Assembly (NCBI RefSeq): GCF_003704095.1
Contig: NW_020846784.1
Span: forward strand, 1 to 64,000
Source of the DNA: Pocillopora damicornis
Taxonomy: Eukaryota
Direction: 5' to 3'
DNA length: 64,000 bases
Shown here in pieces: positions 35,701 through 50,668 of this stretch. A program made the position numbers and the translations under genes. The notes beneath the pieces were generated by a model, which worked only from the letters and a program-made list of their open reading frames with translations, searched no databases and was not told where the DNA came from. Position 1 is the first letter of the stretch, and each line of letters begins with the position of its first letter.

Positions 35701-38700
35701 AAACAGAGTTTATGGGGCTTGAAGTTGAAAGTTACCTTTATCATCCCAACTGGCATTGCTTTGTGGGTAAAGAGCTATCAGAATTATAGGTTCATTAAGA
35801 TTCACGAAGGTTACGTCATTCCTTTTTCGCCGATACTTTCTCATAGATAAGCTAAGGAAAGAAAAACGTTTTCCTAAAAACGAGATTTAAAGTAAACAGG
35901 AAGATAAAAAGTAATTGTTTATTTGAGAGATTATAAAAATTGAAATGGAGTTAGTCTCATTTGTCTTTGTAAGTGCAAGTTGTACGAACACTGGCTGGCG
36001 CTAAGGGTCTCCTGGGTGGATCTTTATGAAATGTTGCACTGTGTAGAATATTTCAAGTTTTAGAAAGCGACGAAAATGCTCTGTTCAGGAAACCTTGGTA
36101 GCACTGAAATGATAATCCTTGTCCAGTTTAACCCCAATTTAGAGAATGCCATTCACCAAGACTGATGTAAACTAATCAGTTTCCCTCCTGCATATCGACC
36201 TACATTGAACCAAACAAGTTGTTGAAACTCGTATAGATTCATTATATGTTCGCCCGCTTTTACAACCATACAGGTGGATCTCGCCTTCATACTCACCCTA
36301 AAAATTTCATTCGGCTGATCTCAATCATCTCTTAGGAAGTCTCACCGAAAAAAACGTTAACGTTCAACTGTTATATTGAACTGTCGACATCAAGATCCCA
36401 ACAATATTAACAAAAATTAAACAGTTTGTGTAGTTTCCTTTCCTAAAGACCAAGCTAAGCAAATTCCATGCGTTAGGAATTTTACAAAATCTCTTCAGCG
36501 ATTTTCTGCCTTACTCGTTGTATTGGCCTCGATAGACGTTTATATTTGGTGTATCAAAACTACTAGGAGTTTGAGACCTTATTACAATAACATTTTCAAC
36601 TGAAAATTAAACTTACCTTCTAAGTGTGAAGGACAGAGTTTTGCATTAAAACTCTGTCGGATTTTGTTTTCTGAAAATTCCGGCTTTTACGGTAGTAGCC
36701 AAATAATCGTGACTGCACTGGGGAAGAGTTATTACATGTTACTTTAGGTGTCATCAATGTCTTTGTCGCCGTTGTAGGTATCTACAAGCTGGTGGGAAAT
36801 TGACCGATTCTCAGAGACGAGTTTGTGTGAGTGCTTTGTTCACTGCAAACGTCAGATCGCAAAGGCGCCAAACGTATTAAAATGATTAATTCTGAAATCT
36901 GATCTTGGGAAATCAAATACTTGACGCACCTGTACGAAATGTTTTAGTTCGAAGTACATCAAAATACTTCAATTTGTCGTTATCGTCGATCTTTCGAAAA
37001 GTGCTTACATTATGCAGTTAAAACTTTTCAATCTTTATTTCGTTTTACACCAGAATATTGCTCTCTGACGCAGTGATCTGATAACATTATGATGAGGTGC
37101 TTTGTAATCCATTTGATGTGACAATTCCAATGTTATCTCCCACCGCCCGGGTGATAGCATCAATAGGTAAGAGCCACCTAAGGGTTCTCCGAGAGTGAAA
37201 TAAAATCTGATCTATCTTTGATGTTGTTCATGTGTGAATTCATTTTAAAACTTATTTACAGCTCATGGACCTAAAAGACGAATTACCCTAAAAGACTTCC
37301 ATAAATCAGCGACCTCCTCTAAGAACTATTTAAGTAACAAAATTTACTTCAGTCACAAAATATCTAACGTGTTGGAATTGTCAGGTGAATAATAGCCATT
37401 TAGGAGATGAGATTTGGAAAATGTATATCTATTTTGAAACTTCTTTATAAGAAGGACAGTTTCCTTTTTGTCCTGGTACATCCTCTGAAATTAAAAGTAA
37501 AAAAGCCATTTCCGGAATTAAGATCTAAAAAGCTAATATAAATAGTAATGGGGAAATTAAAAGAACCGGATTACTGAGAAAAGTCAATATGCAATCCCTT
37601 TTACAATTAATATAGTATTGCGAGACATGAACAAGTCGCTATTGGATTAGGCGTACGACTGATTCTTTATTTTGGTAGAATTTTACCTAATTTTAGCAAA
37701 AACAGTCTGCCATTTGTGTTACTTGTTGTAGAACTTCCCTAATATTCCCGGTCTTTCAGGCTAATTCAATTTGTTACCATCAATTTGTTTGACAGTTCAG
37801 CCGATTAATAACGATGATTTCCATTTCTCTCCAAATGTTTGAGCAAATAACATTAACAGTCTTGATTGCAATTACAAAAGGGTTCGGTTTGGAGGGGTCT
37901 AAGAATGTTATAATCTCTTAGTAAAAATAGGAGAAGCAAAAATAATAAAAATAGAAGAAGCAAAAAAAAAAACAAAAAAAACGATTCGTTGTCCTTACAT
38001 ACATGGGTTGCAAATAAATAATTCTGTGGTTATTACTGATAACAATTAATCTTTTGATATACGATTGCAAAGTGCAAGCAAAATGATATTGATAATAATC
38101 AAACGAAACGATCCTTTTATACCTTATGGTGTTCGAAATTAAAGGCCTCTACCTTTGATCGCATCCGATCGTCTTTGAGTTTTCAAAGTTTCTAGCAATC
38201 AATGGTCATACAACTGTTTACCTCAGTCATCTTCTCAGATAAAAGCCAAAAAATTGATATAGTACTCAAAGTTAAACGTTGGAATATTAATTTCCCTTTG
38301 TCAAATTTTGTTTGCATTCGTATCATACTTCACACCATAATGGCGCCCGCGGAAAGATAAATGACTACCGTGACGATAACTTCACCTTCGCTTTCTTAAA
38401 TGCCTACATCGAGTAAATAAAAAAATCAAAGATGCTGCTTTTCTAGTGAAGGAATAAAGGATTTGCTAATTTTTAAAGCGTTAAATCGGAAATTCTTATG
38501 TTATTTAAGCCCTGTCAGAAACCGGGAACGAGGTAATCTAACAAGCCGACGGAAGATGCTTGAACGGTGTCGCGCTGGTTGGTGCAGCTGACTCAAGGAA
38601 ACAGAAAGTGCATCTAAAGTAACAAAGTTATACCAAACGTATTCTCAATTTTGAAAGGATGCAAAACATGTGGATCCAGCATCAGCATAGCTAAACTAGT

Positions 38701-41700
38701 ATAAAAATAAAGCTAAATACATAAACGACACCGCAACAACGATTGAAAACAACGACTTGAATGACGACAACAACAACTGCAATGTAATAACAATAATAAG
38801 CCGACACATGCAATTGTAAGTTATAACACTGAGGCACTTTTTTAAACACTTAAGAATGACCGAAAATGAGTCTCCCTTGTGATTTCCCCTCAAAACCAGG
38901 AAGCAGAGTCAACCGAATGAGAAACCTATTATCACGTTGGGTAGAAACTATTGAGCTTGTTTATGAGTACTGTTTGGCAAATAGGCGAATTGTGTTCCGA
39001 GTCCAACAGGATCTCATCGATCATTAAAGGAACGAAGAAGAGAAATACAGCTCTGGTAGAATTTAGAACCGAGAGCAACTACAAGTAGGTATGCCAGTGT
39101 TGTAAGCATGAAACATACACATCTCAATTTGAATTGAATCAATCCCATCGTTTATTGCCTGAGTCACAAGACACAGAGAACCAACAACAGTCGTGAACGG
39201 GAGAAAAATCCTTTATCTACTCTCGATATGGATAAAAGACTTTTTCGTAGAATCGCAAGAGGTATTTTCTGACACCTGTTGAAAAACACGCGGAATCGCA
39301 TTTTTTATTTCCAGAGTATGCCTTCAGCGCAGATGAGTGAAAACACTTATCTCTCATCAATATTGTTGTATGGCTGTCCTCGAACATAGCAGTGTATAAT
39401 GAAACACTGGAAATTTTGGTCATGTAATTGAAAAGCGGAAAGAGGAGACATACAAATTCACAGTGAGCTAAACTCAACCAGAAAATGATAAACTGGGTCT
39501 TTATTTTTCGAGTTTTAGATACTGGACCTATGAGATAACTCATGCACTTATACTGCTTGGGAACCATTCAACGGTAGCAGTTAATAAATTAAATACATAC
39601 TTGAGGGTTACCAGGTATATCTCCTCCACAGAATATCACGCTTATTTGACAAGAATAGTGCAAAATACGTTGAGGATGACGAACTCCTAAAACTCGACGT
39701 CCGAAGAATTCTGGGAACTAGCTAGGATGAGTTAGGAAATCGAATGTTTATTGCAGGTATTTTGGATTCACCAAAATTACCGAAAGAAGAGACCACAATG
39801 AAAGATGACCTGAGCGGATTAAATTAGGTTGAAAAACAGACTAACAAATAATAATAATGATAATAAAAAAAAAAAAACAGCTACGTGTCGATAACCAACG
39901 AAAGTTTGGAATTACTCTCTACCACTCATATCACTACGTTGCCATCTGAAGCCGTTGATGTTGTTTGCTCGCTCTCTGACACAGGAAAAATCCAATGAAT
40001 CAAGTGTTATTTTTTAAAACCTGTGACTTCTGAATAATTGTCGGCGCAAAAATACGCATGAACTCATGGAATGAAAAAGTAAGCTAGATATATTTTTTGT
40101 TCAATTTTGTAACGTCTGAGTTCTACTAATTAAGGTTGTTTGCCTTCCGTTTAACGTAAAATTCAAGACCGATGCAGCATATTACATATCTGAGGTAAAA
40201 AATAGCGCGTAAACTTCAGGCGTCTTTTACTGAGTAATAATTCATAATTCTCATAACCTTCTGTTTGACTAACTGGCTTATAATACAGATGCTATTGACA
40301 AACTATGGCGAGTGTTATTTTATGATGGGAATTTTGCGGTGTTACTCAAAAGGGGAAAACATTTATTGACAAGGTTGAGACTCTGAAGCTCCTCACTAAA
40401 ACATGTTCGAGGTAGGTAGAAAATACATGTGAATTCTTTTCACCTGAATGAGAATCCAGCCAGCTTTGTCGCTTACATAGTAAGAAAATCAAGGAAACGA
40501 AGTTCAAAATTTATGGCGCGCCGGAGACATATAAAAACCTGCGCGTACATATTGTAAGAATTATATTCCATACTTGAGGCAGATGGCTTCACTTAAAATC
40601 GTTCCTACGGAGATCGTTAATTTTATTTGAAAGGTTCGAAACTTTGCATTTTAAAAAAGCCAACAACTGACTAGCCGCACTATTCAACATCTCAAATTTT
40701 CTGTTTTTGCAATTTTTAAATTTGAAATGAAACGAAGTAATGCAAAAGATGTACATGGTCGATAGTTCACTACGACAATTTTTTTTCAGTAAGCGAAATT
40801 GACAAATAGTGACGAAAATTCAACCGGTGAGCTTTATTTTCAAAACATCGCGAATGTCAAATTCACTTTTATACATTTTCAAGACAGGTCTCTGAAGAAT
40901 TGATAGTAGTTTCGGCGATATTCTTGTTGGAACATTATTTTCATTATGCGGCAAGAATGATTGTGTTATCATCAAACCACAATCTCTCCTGCCGATAATT
41001 TTCGTCAGGATTTCATGGAATATTCAAGACAAGCTTAAGGCCCGTATGCATATTTAACAAAATGCATGATTTTGGAGTATTTTACTTGAAAACTTGACGA
41101 AGATATCTTTTTACAATCAGTTGTAAGAAAGAAAAATTAATTGTCTATCATTCATCGTTTAAAAAAGACATTTTAAATGTTTGTAGATTGAAAATGGGCT
41201 TCTTAATTCATGAGATCATATTTTTTTGTAAACAATTTTTTTTGTTTTTCTAAGCTTCCTTCGCCAAGCTATAAATAATTCATAGTTTCTCGCTCTGATT
41301 TTGATGTCTACAAGGGAGATAAGGCCCACAGGGATGTAAATCACTTGCTTAGGGCATTACCTAGGTAACGATGACGTATTATGACACGCACTGCTTTTGA
41401 GTGGCGAAAGCAAACCTTGATTCACGGCCAACAACGGCTATAGGGGTCGACACAATATCAAACAAATGATAGGGTATGGAAAAGAAAAGAAAAATCTTCA
41501 TAACCTAATGCAGCCGTGGTCGAGAGGTATATTTCTTGTAAATTAACTGTTAGTTCTATTCCCATTGCTGTGGGATTATTTCAAAACAACCTCACGCTTC
41601 TTTTCTGTTCACTTGACGTCTAGAGATATAATATTGAAATGAGGCATTGTCCTCCAGTCGCTTTTAACAAATGAAAATTGGGACTTGAAATGTTCATTTA

Positions 41701-42376
41701 TTCAAACCGTCAATTACAATCATCGGAGGGAATTTCAATTAGTTTTCACCTCGATGTTTTCCAGTTTCAAGACCCTGTAAGCGCCGTTGAGGACGAAAAT
41801 TTCCTACGTGAGAGAGAATTTTCACCCGACGTATGCAACTTGCAGAGACTTAAAAATATTTTTGAAAACCATATTGATTTTTCTGACAGATTAATTCTCT
41901 GCAGGGATTTCACAAGAATTGCATTTCCGTAAACAGCGTAAACATGCATAGATGTTTGGGTTTTAACTGATTCTCGTTTTTTGCACTTCACAAAAACTCC
42001 TCGCTTAGTGCTAAGCACCGCCTCTGAAAAACATCTAGGTTTGTACGGCCTGTGAGTTTTTCCGTCGTGTTTAACGAACGTAGATAAACTTCAACTCAAC
42101 AGTTTAATTTCTGAAGCAATATAGATAAAATTGTTCATAAAGAAACGAGGAAATAGGGGAAATAAAAATTAAATGTAAGATAAAAACTTGACCCTTTTTC
42201 GCTTGCGTAATCACGAACAATTTCGCTCAAATTCTTAGATATTGCTGCGATTTGATGTTTTTCTTTCCACGGCCAAACTACTTTTAACAATATTTTTTGT
42301 TAATATTTCATGACTAAGATGAATCGTGTTTAGCTAACACATGTCCGTTGTCTTATCCAATTTTCAGTTGCCAAGC

Positions 42377-45300
42377 ATGAGTTGGCGTAGAGGAAGAACG
42401 ACGTTTTCATCGAGACCACCGCTTCAAAAATGTCTGATCTTGTGCCGTCGTGTTTTGGTGATACCACTGTTGGTTGGTTGCGGTTTAATTTTGAGAGCAG
42501 CGGCCGACGGCTTGGAATTGACAGACGGTAAGGATTAGGGCTCTTTTTGTCGTCGTTCTAACAATAAAATCATTGGATTTTAATCTCGTTCGTTGTCTGT
42601 CGATTTTAAAGTTTGTGGTACACATCTAGAAAAGAGTAAGTAATGTTAAGATGCGGGAATCATAGCGGCACATCTCAGTTCTCTCGTTTGTCTTCAGCCA
42701 GTTTTCATGAAATATTAAGTTTTTAGCTGAGAAATGTTTTTGCGATCCTCAGCATTCTCTTACAACCTTGGCTTTAAAGGAGTATAGAGATTCGATAATG
42801 CGAATTTTTTAAGATTGCTGTTTGTTAAAATCAATGTTTTATCATAGTTTGTACTACTTGGACCGGAACTTTGCCAATTTTCAGCAAACAAACCAAAAGT
42901 ATACCACACCATCGGGCTTATTAGTTTATATTTCGAGGAAAAGTTATCCGGTATGGCTAAAAAGAGAAGGGAAAAAAAAGGAAAGTCTACCCTCGCTTCT
43001 TCAATAAACATTCTCTCCGAATCTGGTTAAAAACAAATTTTATCGAGGCCTGAAGATCTTATCAAAACTCGCTAATTCCATCGCCATCGCTGCAGAAAAA
43101 AAAATACATCAAAGTGTAATCTGTAGCGAGTGGCAATTCTAGGAATGAAGAACATCGTGACAGTCATAAGGAGAGTTTTTCGACAAAGAAGCTGGTAATT
43201 GTGTTTGGCAATTGTGTTTCTCGCTGGCTGAAAGTGGTGATTATTTTCGTAATACAAAGATCCTCAAAATGGCTTGTAAGTGAGAACAAGGAATTTATTT
43301 GCGTTTTGTTAATAGCTGCACAATGTAGACTAGTGTCAAAGATTGTTTTATTTCGGTAATTGCACTGATAGACTCCTTCATTTCATGGCGGTTTTACTGT
43401 GTTTGTTTTATGTACAACATTGTAGTAAAAGATGAGATGAAAATTAATCAGCAAAGCCGACCAGCATGCAGCATGATGAACACAGTATGAACGGAACGGT
43501 CTTTTGAAATGCAAACTGCATTGTAAACTTTAAATGTGGCTAAAAAAATTCTACTTGTGTTTTGTCTCCTCTGTAAACCTAAAAATACGTTGTTATGCTT
43601 GTTTATCTAATTGAGTTGTTGGTTTTTCAGCTTCAAATTGTCAACACCACTAAAAACATGTTGTGCCTTCTACTTCTTTGTGCGTAACATGTATAAAATG
43701 TAAGTGAGGAAATGAAGCGCACCTGCTGATGTAGATCGCTAGAAACAAACAAGATAATTAGCTGATTTATTTTTAAAAATAAGTTTTAAAACGTTTTGCA
43801 GCGCTGTTGACTTAACGTAGGATGAAAAAAAAGAAAATTCAGCTAAAAAGTGCAGGCTCCATTCAGCAAAAAAACAATTTGCGGTTTTGATATAAGACCT
43901 CTTGCCGCGGGATAATCCCGTTATTGTCTCAATCCCTAACAACTGGGGACGAATTTTCATATTCTATTCTCCATTTCTCGTGTAGGACAACAGTCACTGG
44001 CGAGGTGTTAAGTATTGCCTTTGAAAAAGACCTCTCACTTATTACTAAAATGCAAATTTTTTGCTCTTGCCATCAAAGACGGAAAAGGGCTTTCCTGAAC
44101 GAAAATACTAAGAAGTGCTTTACTTTTCGCCAAATAGTATTTTCTGTCCCAAACAACAAAGAAAAATAAAATGTTCTAGCTACAGTTATACAAAGTGGAA
44201 GAGTCTGTCAATTATCCTTCACAAGAGCGTTTATCGATTTGTATCACTTGAGATTCAGAGCTCTTATTTTGTGATAGCGACTTGTAAAAATACTGCTAAT
44301 TAAAATTTTAAACTGCATCACCTGAACAAAAGACGTAATGTTCAGTGATACTAATTGGTTTGATCCCGACTGAAGACAGATTAATTGACTATCTGACACA
44401 ATGCAACAATCTGCCTTAACCGTCCAGGTTCACTTTAGAGTAAACATCACATTTTGATGGTGTCAAAAAAAACACAGACACACATAGAAAGACAATTTGG
44501 TACCATATAATTTTTTGCTTTTTTCACACCATCGAGTGATTTTATTCTTACTTGAATAAACGGGAATAATGACATTATAGAACTAACTCCTACTCAAATC
44601 CACGCAAGAAAAACACTTCAATTGATTTTCACAAACACCCAGTTTTCTTTTTTTTCAGTGCCTTTACTTCTGTTCCTTACTTTGTTTTCTAATTACTCTT
44701 CTTCAGTGAAGAAAAAGCAAGTTAAGTGTCGCATTATATAAAAAAGTGTGCGAGAGGGGATGGATATTTGATGGTCCTTCTTGCGATTAACACATAACCA
44801 TTTTATCATGAGACTCGCACGGCCCGGAATTCTATTGAAAATACGTACTAGACAAAAAATTTCCCAATGAGACTCGTAGGCGATGGCGTGATTAGGGCCG
44901 GGAAAAGGTCGTGCAGCGCTGCAAGAAGCAAGAAGAAAGGAAGAAAGATAAAGGGCAGCAGTCAAATGATGAAATGCTTGATGACCAAGCCAGGTCGGGC
45001 CGCACGGGAAAATATTTGGCTCTCGTTAGGACCTCGCTGAGCTCGGAGCCAAATGTTTACCACTTCGGTCCTTTCCCTTAGTCAATAAGTACATAGTATT
45101 CCTTTGTGCTCATTTCACAGGATCAGTTTTTCAATCAAGACATCTGTTATCAAGTGTCGAGTGGGAAACTTGCAACTTTGAAATCGGTCATTCGAGAAAC
45201 TATTCAACTCGGGAAACATGGTGGGCTCCCAAAGAAGCATATGGCTGGCTAGCGTTGCATATATTTTGTGTTCTCGTCATTTTTGTAGGTAAAGTATGAA

Positions 45301-48300
45301 AGTGTTTATTGAGGTCCGTCCTCACATTTTAGATACAGCCTTCACTTCGGTTGATTATTGGAGCAGGTGTTTTCAGTGATAGTAAAGTATCACATAAATT
45401 TTTTTTCAGAAATGTGAAAGTTTTGAAATCAGAAAACAGTTTCTTTACCACCTACCTTTGCTCTGAATCCATTGCACTTCTAGCTCAGGGTTTTATGAGT
45501 TACGTAATTTGCACAAAATAGTTATAATAGAAAATAAGCGTTATTTAATTTTACTTTTTATAGCGCTTGCTATCGTTTGCGATGACTTCTTTGTGCCATC
45601 CCTTGAAGCAATATCTGAGAAACTGGATCTTTCTGAGGATGTGGCAGGTGCAACCTTTATGGCTGCAGGTTCTTCTGCTCCGGAGCTATTTACTTCTGTC
45701 GCAGGAGTAACGGTAGAAAGCGATGTCGGAATTGGAACAATAGTAGGGTTAGAGGAATCTTTCGTACTTTTCTGCCGTAAATATGCTTAATCGCTTATAT
45801 AAAATACTGTTTAATACCCGATGATATCACTGCTGAACTCTCTGTTATGTCTAGGAGTGCTGTATTCAACCTTCTCGTCATCATTGCTTTGACTGCGGCC
45901 TTGGCAGGACAGGTGTGCTTGGGTTATTGATCCATATTTGTAATATTTTTAAAATTTGTTTGTCATTTTAAGTTTTCACAACTAGTATCCGTTCGAGTGT
46001 GCGATTATATCTGTGTGGAACTCTCCCATAAATGGCGGGCCCAATTACAAACTTTTTTCTTCATGTAAATTAGCCCTTCTTGTCATGTATGAAAACAATT
46101 CTATTTTTCTTGAAAAATCGAAGCTCATTCGCATACACATGAAAGAATAATTATCTTGGGTACCATTATGAAAGAAGTCTATTCGCAAAGGTTTTTGATT
46201 CTACTTGCAAAACTTTTTTAAGAAGACTGACAGAGTCAAAATTTTCTGAAAAAAATGTTCAAAATTACTCTTTAGGCAATTCTACGTTTTGGGTGAGCTT
46301 CAGTCACATAGACGTCCGGCAATAGTAGTTGCCAAGTCATTTTTATTTAAAGCCTTGGACAACTCTACCTGTTAGAAACCAATTACAAATGAAGTTGACC
46401 ATTTTTTCCAATTCCTAGGTTCTTCAGCTGGACTGGAAACCGCTTATAAGGGACTCCATCTGCTACGCCCTATCAATCGGATTTTTTTCTTGGTTTGCAT
46501 GGGATGGCAAGTTCGAGCTCCATGAGTCAATCATTCTGTTAGCCCTTTACTTCCTTTACATAGTGTTGATGAAGTTTAACAGAAAGCTTATGGATCTCAT
46601 GAGTGGGGCAAAGTACGTGACACTGTTTGAGTATGGAACCTAATGAATAAATATTTAGATTATTCATGTTTAAAATGATTCTTATAGGCAACTGGCATAT
46701 TGGTGCTTGTAAATAAATAACAATAAATATAGACCTAACCGGTTATTACAGCGACGCATACTCGTGGTACTTATTTTTCGTCAACTGTAAACAATGAAAC
46801 AAACTGAATGAGGAAAATTATCCTCTTCTTGGTTATAGAAAAGTAAAAAATGCACCGAAAATTAGAAAAGCACGAATACCATACTGTCTAAAATCTATAA
46901 AATCAACAATTTTTGAAAATAGAAACTAAAGGAGAAAAAATTTCATAGATATAAACACTTTCTAACGAGGTCAGCTTTATTTCTTGTTGCCGGTCACCAT
47001 CAGAATGTTCCCAAGGGACGAAGAACTTCCATTGGCTTCCTATACACTGTTAGTACAACTTACTTCTAGTTTTACTGTTTGAGTGATTTCTTAATTTACT
47101 CTTCACAAGATAAACAATGATTCCATACTTTAAAACAAAAAATATTCAACTAATAAACATGAATTCTCGACACCAACTCTGTACACATTTTAAACTGTTT
47201 TATTCGTAACTTTCCATCCTATTAATGCTATGCTGAAATCGATATATTCTAAAAAACAAGTATAATATAAGTTATTGACCTAGACAACTAATGAAGACGC
47301 GAATTTCACAAAAAAATTGCAACATGATTGTTGTTAAAATATACTTCTAAACTTTACTGGTCTTAAGAATATAAAATAACTGAAGTAAAACGTTTCTTAA
47401 GAGCTCAAGTCCAGACTGCTCACCTAAATGCATGGTTTCAACAGCGCTTGCTGATATCCTAAACTCTTTAATTTTGGAAGGCCAAAAAATATTTTGTGTT
47501 TCTATTTCAAGACACAAGGGAGGACAAGTCAGTCCACAAAATACAGAAGTAACACAGTTTGTGAGTAGTGATATCGATGTGCAGTCAGACCACAACACAC
47601 TGAGCTCGTCCGTTGCTGTTCTTCAAGGTCGGCAAGGAGTACCTGCAGGAAAGCTTCCTCCCATTAGACCTGTGGTAAGAAGCGTTTTTTTTTTTTTTTT
47701 TTTTTTTTTTTGATATATACGGACCCCCTTGCAGACAACTGAAGAAACAGTAATTCATCTAAGCCTCAGTGAGACTCATTTTACTACCTAGCTGTTTTTA
47801 AACATTATGAATTTCTGAAACGTTGAGTTTCTCTTTCAGGAAAGTAACGCAGATGAAGGTGCTAACTCAAAAGTGCTTTTAACGACTAATCTTAGTGATC
47901 AAAGGAGATTTTCACATGCTAACAAAGGACAACTCTCCAGATCATTTGTAAGTAAACGGGAGCCTGGATATCAGTTTAAATAAACACATATTTCACAGCC
48001 AGTTAGTATATGTTCTCGCATCTCTGAATCTTACATCTAAATGGACAAGACATTTCTAAGTCAAGTTTAAAGAATCTGTTCGAGAAAAAGAAGGCTAAGT
48101 TGGAAAGAGTGTGTTCATAGGACGACTGGGCTTTCGTTTAACGGCAATAAGGACAAGCAATAAATTTGTTCCATTGTACATTTGTCCTCGTCATTAACAG
48201 TAACTTTATCCACGTTATGCAATAGTAAAATAAACGAGTAATTAGTAACAGTTAGAAAGCTGAAATTCGTAAATATCATAGTCTCGGAAATCATGAATGT

Positions 48301-50668
48301 TTGGAAAAGTCTTCCTCAAAAAAGACGTTCAGAAGTTGATACTCGGCGAAGTTCATTTGTTTCCATGTAGATAGTTGAGGCAGACAGGACGAGAGGTGGT
48401 TGCGCTTCAGGGATGAAACAGTTGAAAGGAAGCTGAAAGAAGCTTAGCGGTAAAGAAAGGAAACTTAGACAGATGTGCTAAAGTGTAGCCTATGAACAGT
48501 CACTCCAAATCCTAAAAATAATCACTTTGAAGGTTGGGGGCGATTGTACACAGCCTGCTAGAGGGGTGTTTCTTTTTGGTACAAGTGTTGTAGCTAGACA
48601 AAAGACATCAGCCAGTCATTCAAGCTTACACAAGTTGGTTACTGCTCTTAGAGCAAATTTATTAGGGCTTCACTAAAGGGAACCTATAACTGACACAAAA
48701 CTTTAAAAACAGTCGATCAACCAAACATTCCTGTCTATCTTTGCGATGGATCTTCGTTTACAAACAGATTAATCTATCCCTGGGACGCAGCCATCACTCG
48801 ACATCTCCAGTCAAGCCGCGGCTTTCAGTATCGTTTCCGGGACTAAGAGAACTTTATGACAATCCTAAGGCACATCGACGGAGTTCTACTGGATTGGCTG
48901 CTCCAGGAGAAAAAATCAGGCTTAAATCAGTAGCACAGAAACAAGTGATGAAAGAGTACAGACGCCGTTCCGAAATGGTTGTCAGCCAGCAGCCTACACT
49001 CTCTGTTGTTCACGTGGACGCCAACGGAAACGCCCGTACAGTACCTATGGATGATGACTCGGAGACAAAATCTGTCGTGGACCCCAAGAATGATGTCCGA
49101 ATGGATAGGGAAGAAGGGGCAAAAATGAAACTTTGCCCGTGTCTACCTGCAGTATCCGCAGAGTTCCCTGAGTACCCTGAGGAAGGAGGCGTTTTGGCCC
49201 CATTTAAGTACTCGCTAGGATGGGTGTTATTTGTTGTGAGCTTTCCTTTCATCTGTATGTTTACATGGACCATTCCCGACTGTAGTAAGCCACACAACCG
49301 CAAATACTTCCTAGCTTCTTTCACGATGTCTATCATTTGGATAGCCATTTTGAGCTTTGGCATGGTGACGTTGGTTGGACGATCTGGGTGCATCTTAAGC
49401 GTGGACAAGTTTACCATGGGATTGGTAGTCATAGCCATTGGCACAAGTGTTCCGGTAAGTTATTGAATCCCGTGGTCACGTTTTAACTTTTTGCAGTCTT
49501 AACACTGGAAATGGAAAATTTTCCTTTTAAGGCGTCTTCCTATCAATTATTTCTTTTTTTTCTTCATTCACAGCTTATTAAATAACGTTTTAAAAAACAT
49601 CGATCGACATTCGAAAAAAAGACGTGCATTTTTGTTAACGCTTTGTTTGGTTAAGCACTGGTGATCAAACCCATTAGCGTGCCTTATCCCAAACCTCGTG
49701 CTGGACTAGCATCCCATGGGGGAGGGGGGGGGGGAGAGGAAGAAAGTAGTAATACTCCTACTCGCTTCACGGTAAGGGATAAGCTCCGATTGGGTGGGCC
49801 ACTGGGCTCAAGTGCAGACTTACTTTTTTCGACTTTGTAAGGAAAGCTACCTCTAAACAGAGAAGTAATCAAACGAAACCACATTGCACATTCAAATAAA
49901 AAAAAAACTCTACAGATAAACGAACCTGTTACCTTTTCTGATTAGGTCAAACACTCAAACGTTGTGCTAATTACAGATCAATTTCATAACTGAATTATTT
50001 TGCTTTTTTTTTCAGGATGCTTTAAGCTCCATCATTGTCGCACGGGATGGTTTTGGAGATATGGCCGTTTCAAACGCCATTGGATCGAATGTATTTGACA
50101 TCAACCTTGGTATTGGCTTACCATTTGTTATCAGGATCATAATTGATAACTTTCAACCTATCCGACTTCTAACACCAAAGGAAGAGGTAAAATCAATGGA
50201 GTTTTCACATCAACTCGTACTTTTCGCATCTTTGCCATCAAAAGATGATAAACAAAAGCAATGTTTTTTAGGGTAACTTTAGTGAAGAATACACTTAACT
50301 CTCCTCTTTTAGGAGCGTCTTCCGTGAAAAATATTTAGCACCTGATTTCTTCCTGAGTCTGTTAATTTCTCATCATTGTTCTGTTTTAAAAATTTCCACA
50401 TATCGGTATTATTTCTTTATTTTTAACTCTCAATTAATTTTCAATTTATATGTTCTTGCAGGAAATGTTATCGTCAGGAAGTCTTGTAGTGGTGCCACAC
50501 GTCAAATTTGGTTTCATTTTGCTTCTCATTTTGATCGTAGCCCTTGGGATTTTCGCCAGCGTGCGCTTTAAATTGAACAGAAAAATTGGTATTTCATTTT
50601 TTACCATGTATGTCGCATTCGTCATCTATGCTTACGTTCAAGATATGCTGTGTGATTACGACTGCTGA
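42377..50668 (+). CDS. K+-dependent Na+/Ca2+ exchanger (SLC24/NCKX family)
   Basis: Exons 42377-42527, 45121-45288, 45564-45747, 45855-45912, 46419-46612, 47512-47674, 47840-47947, 48768-49454, 50016-50186, 50462-50668, all phase-compatible. Alpha-1 repeat [29 protein letters not shown]; alpha-2 repeat [24 protein letters not shown]. Confidence 0.94.
49655..49825 (+). repeat. SINE-like interspersed repeat fragment in NCKX intron
   Basis: ggactagcatcccat-G-run-gtagtaatactcctactcgcttca..gggataagctcc..gggccact; a decayed relative lies at about 15830-15915. Confidence 0.5.

Noticed and set aside
36900-42300. Short ORFs in the long region between the second GPCR and NCKX
   Set aside because: No coherent exon chain or protein motif; likely regulatory or 5'UTR intron sequence.
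49010-49444. 144-aa antisense ORF (similarly 21172-21501 and 60603-60968)
   Set aside because: Shadow ORFs opposite well-supported coding exons.
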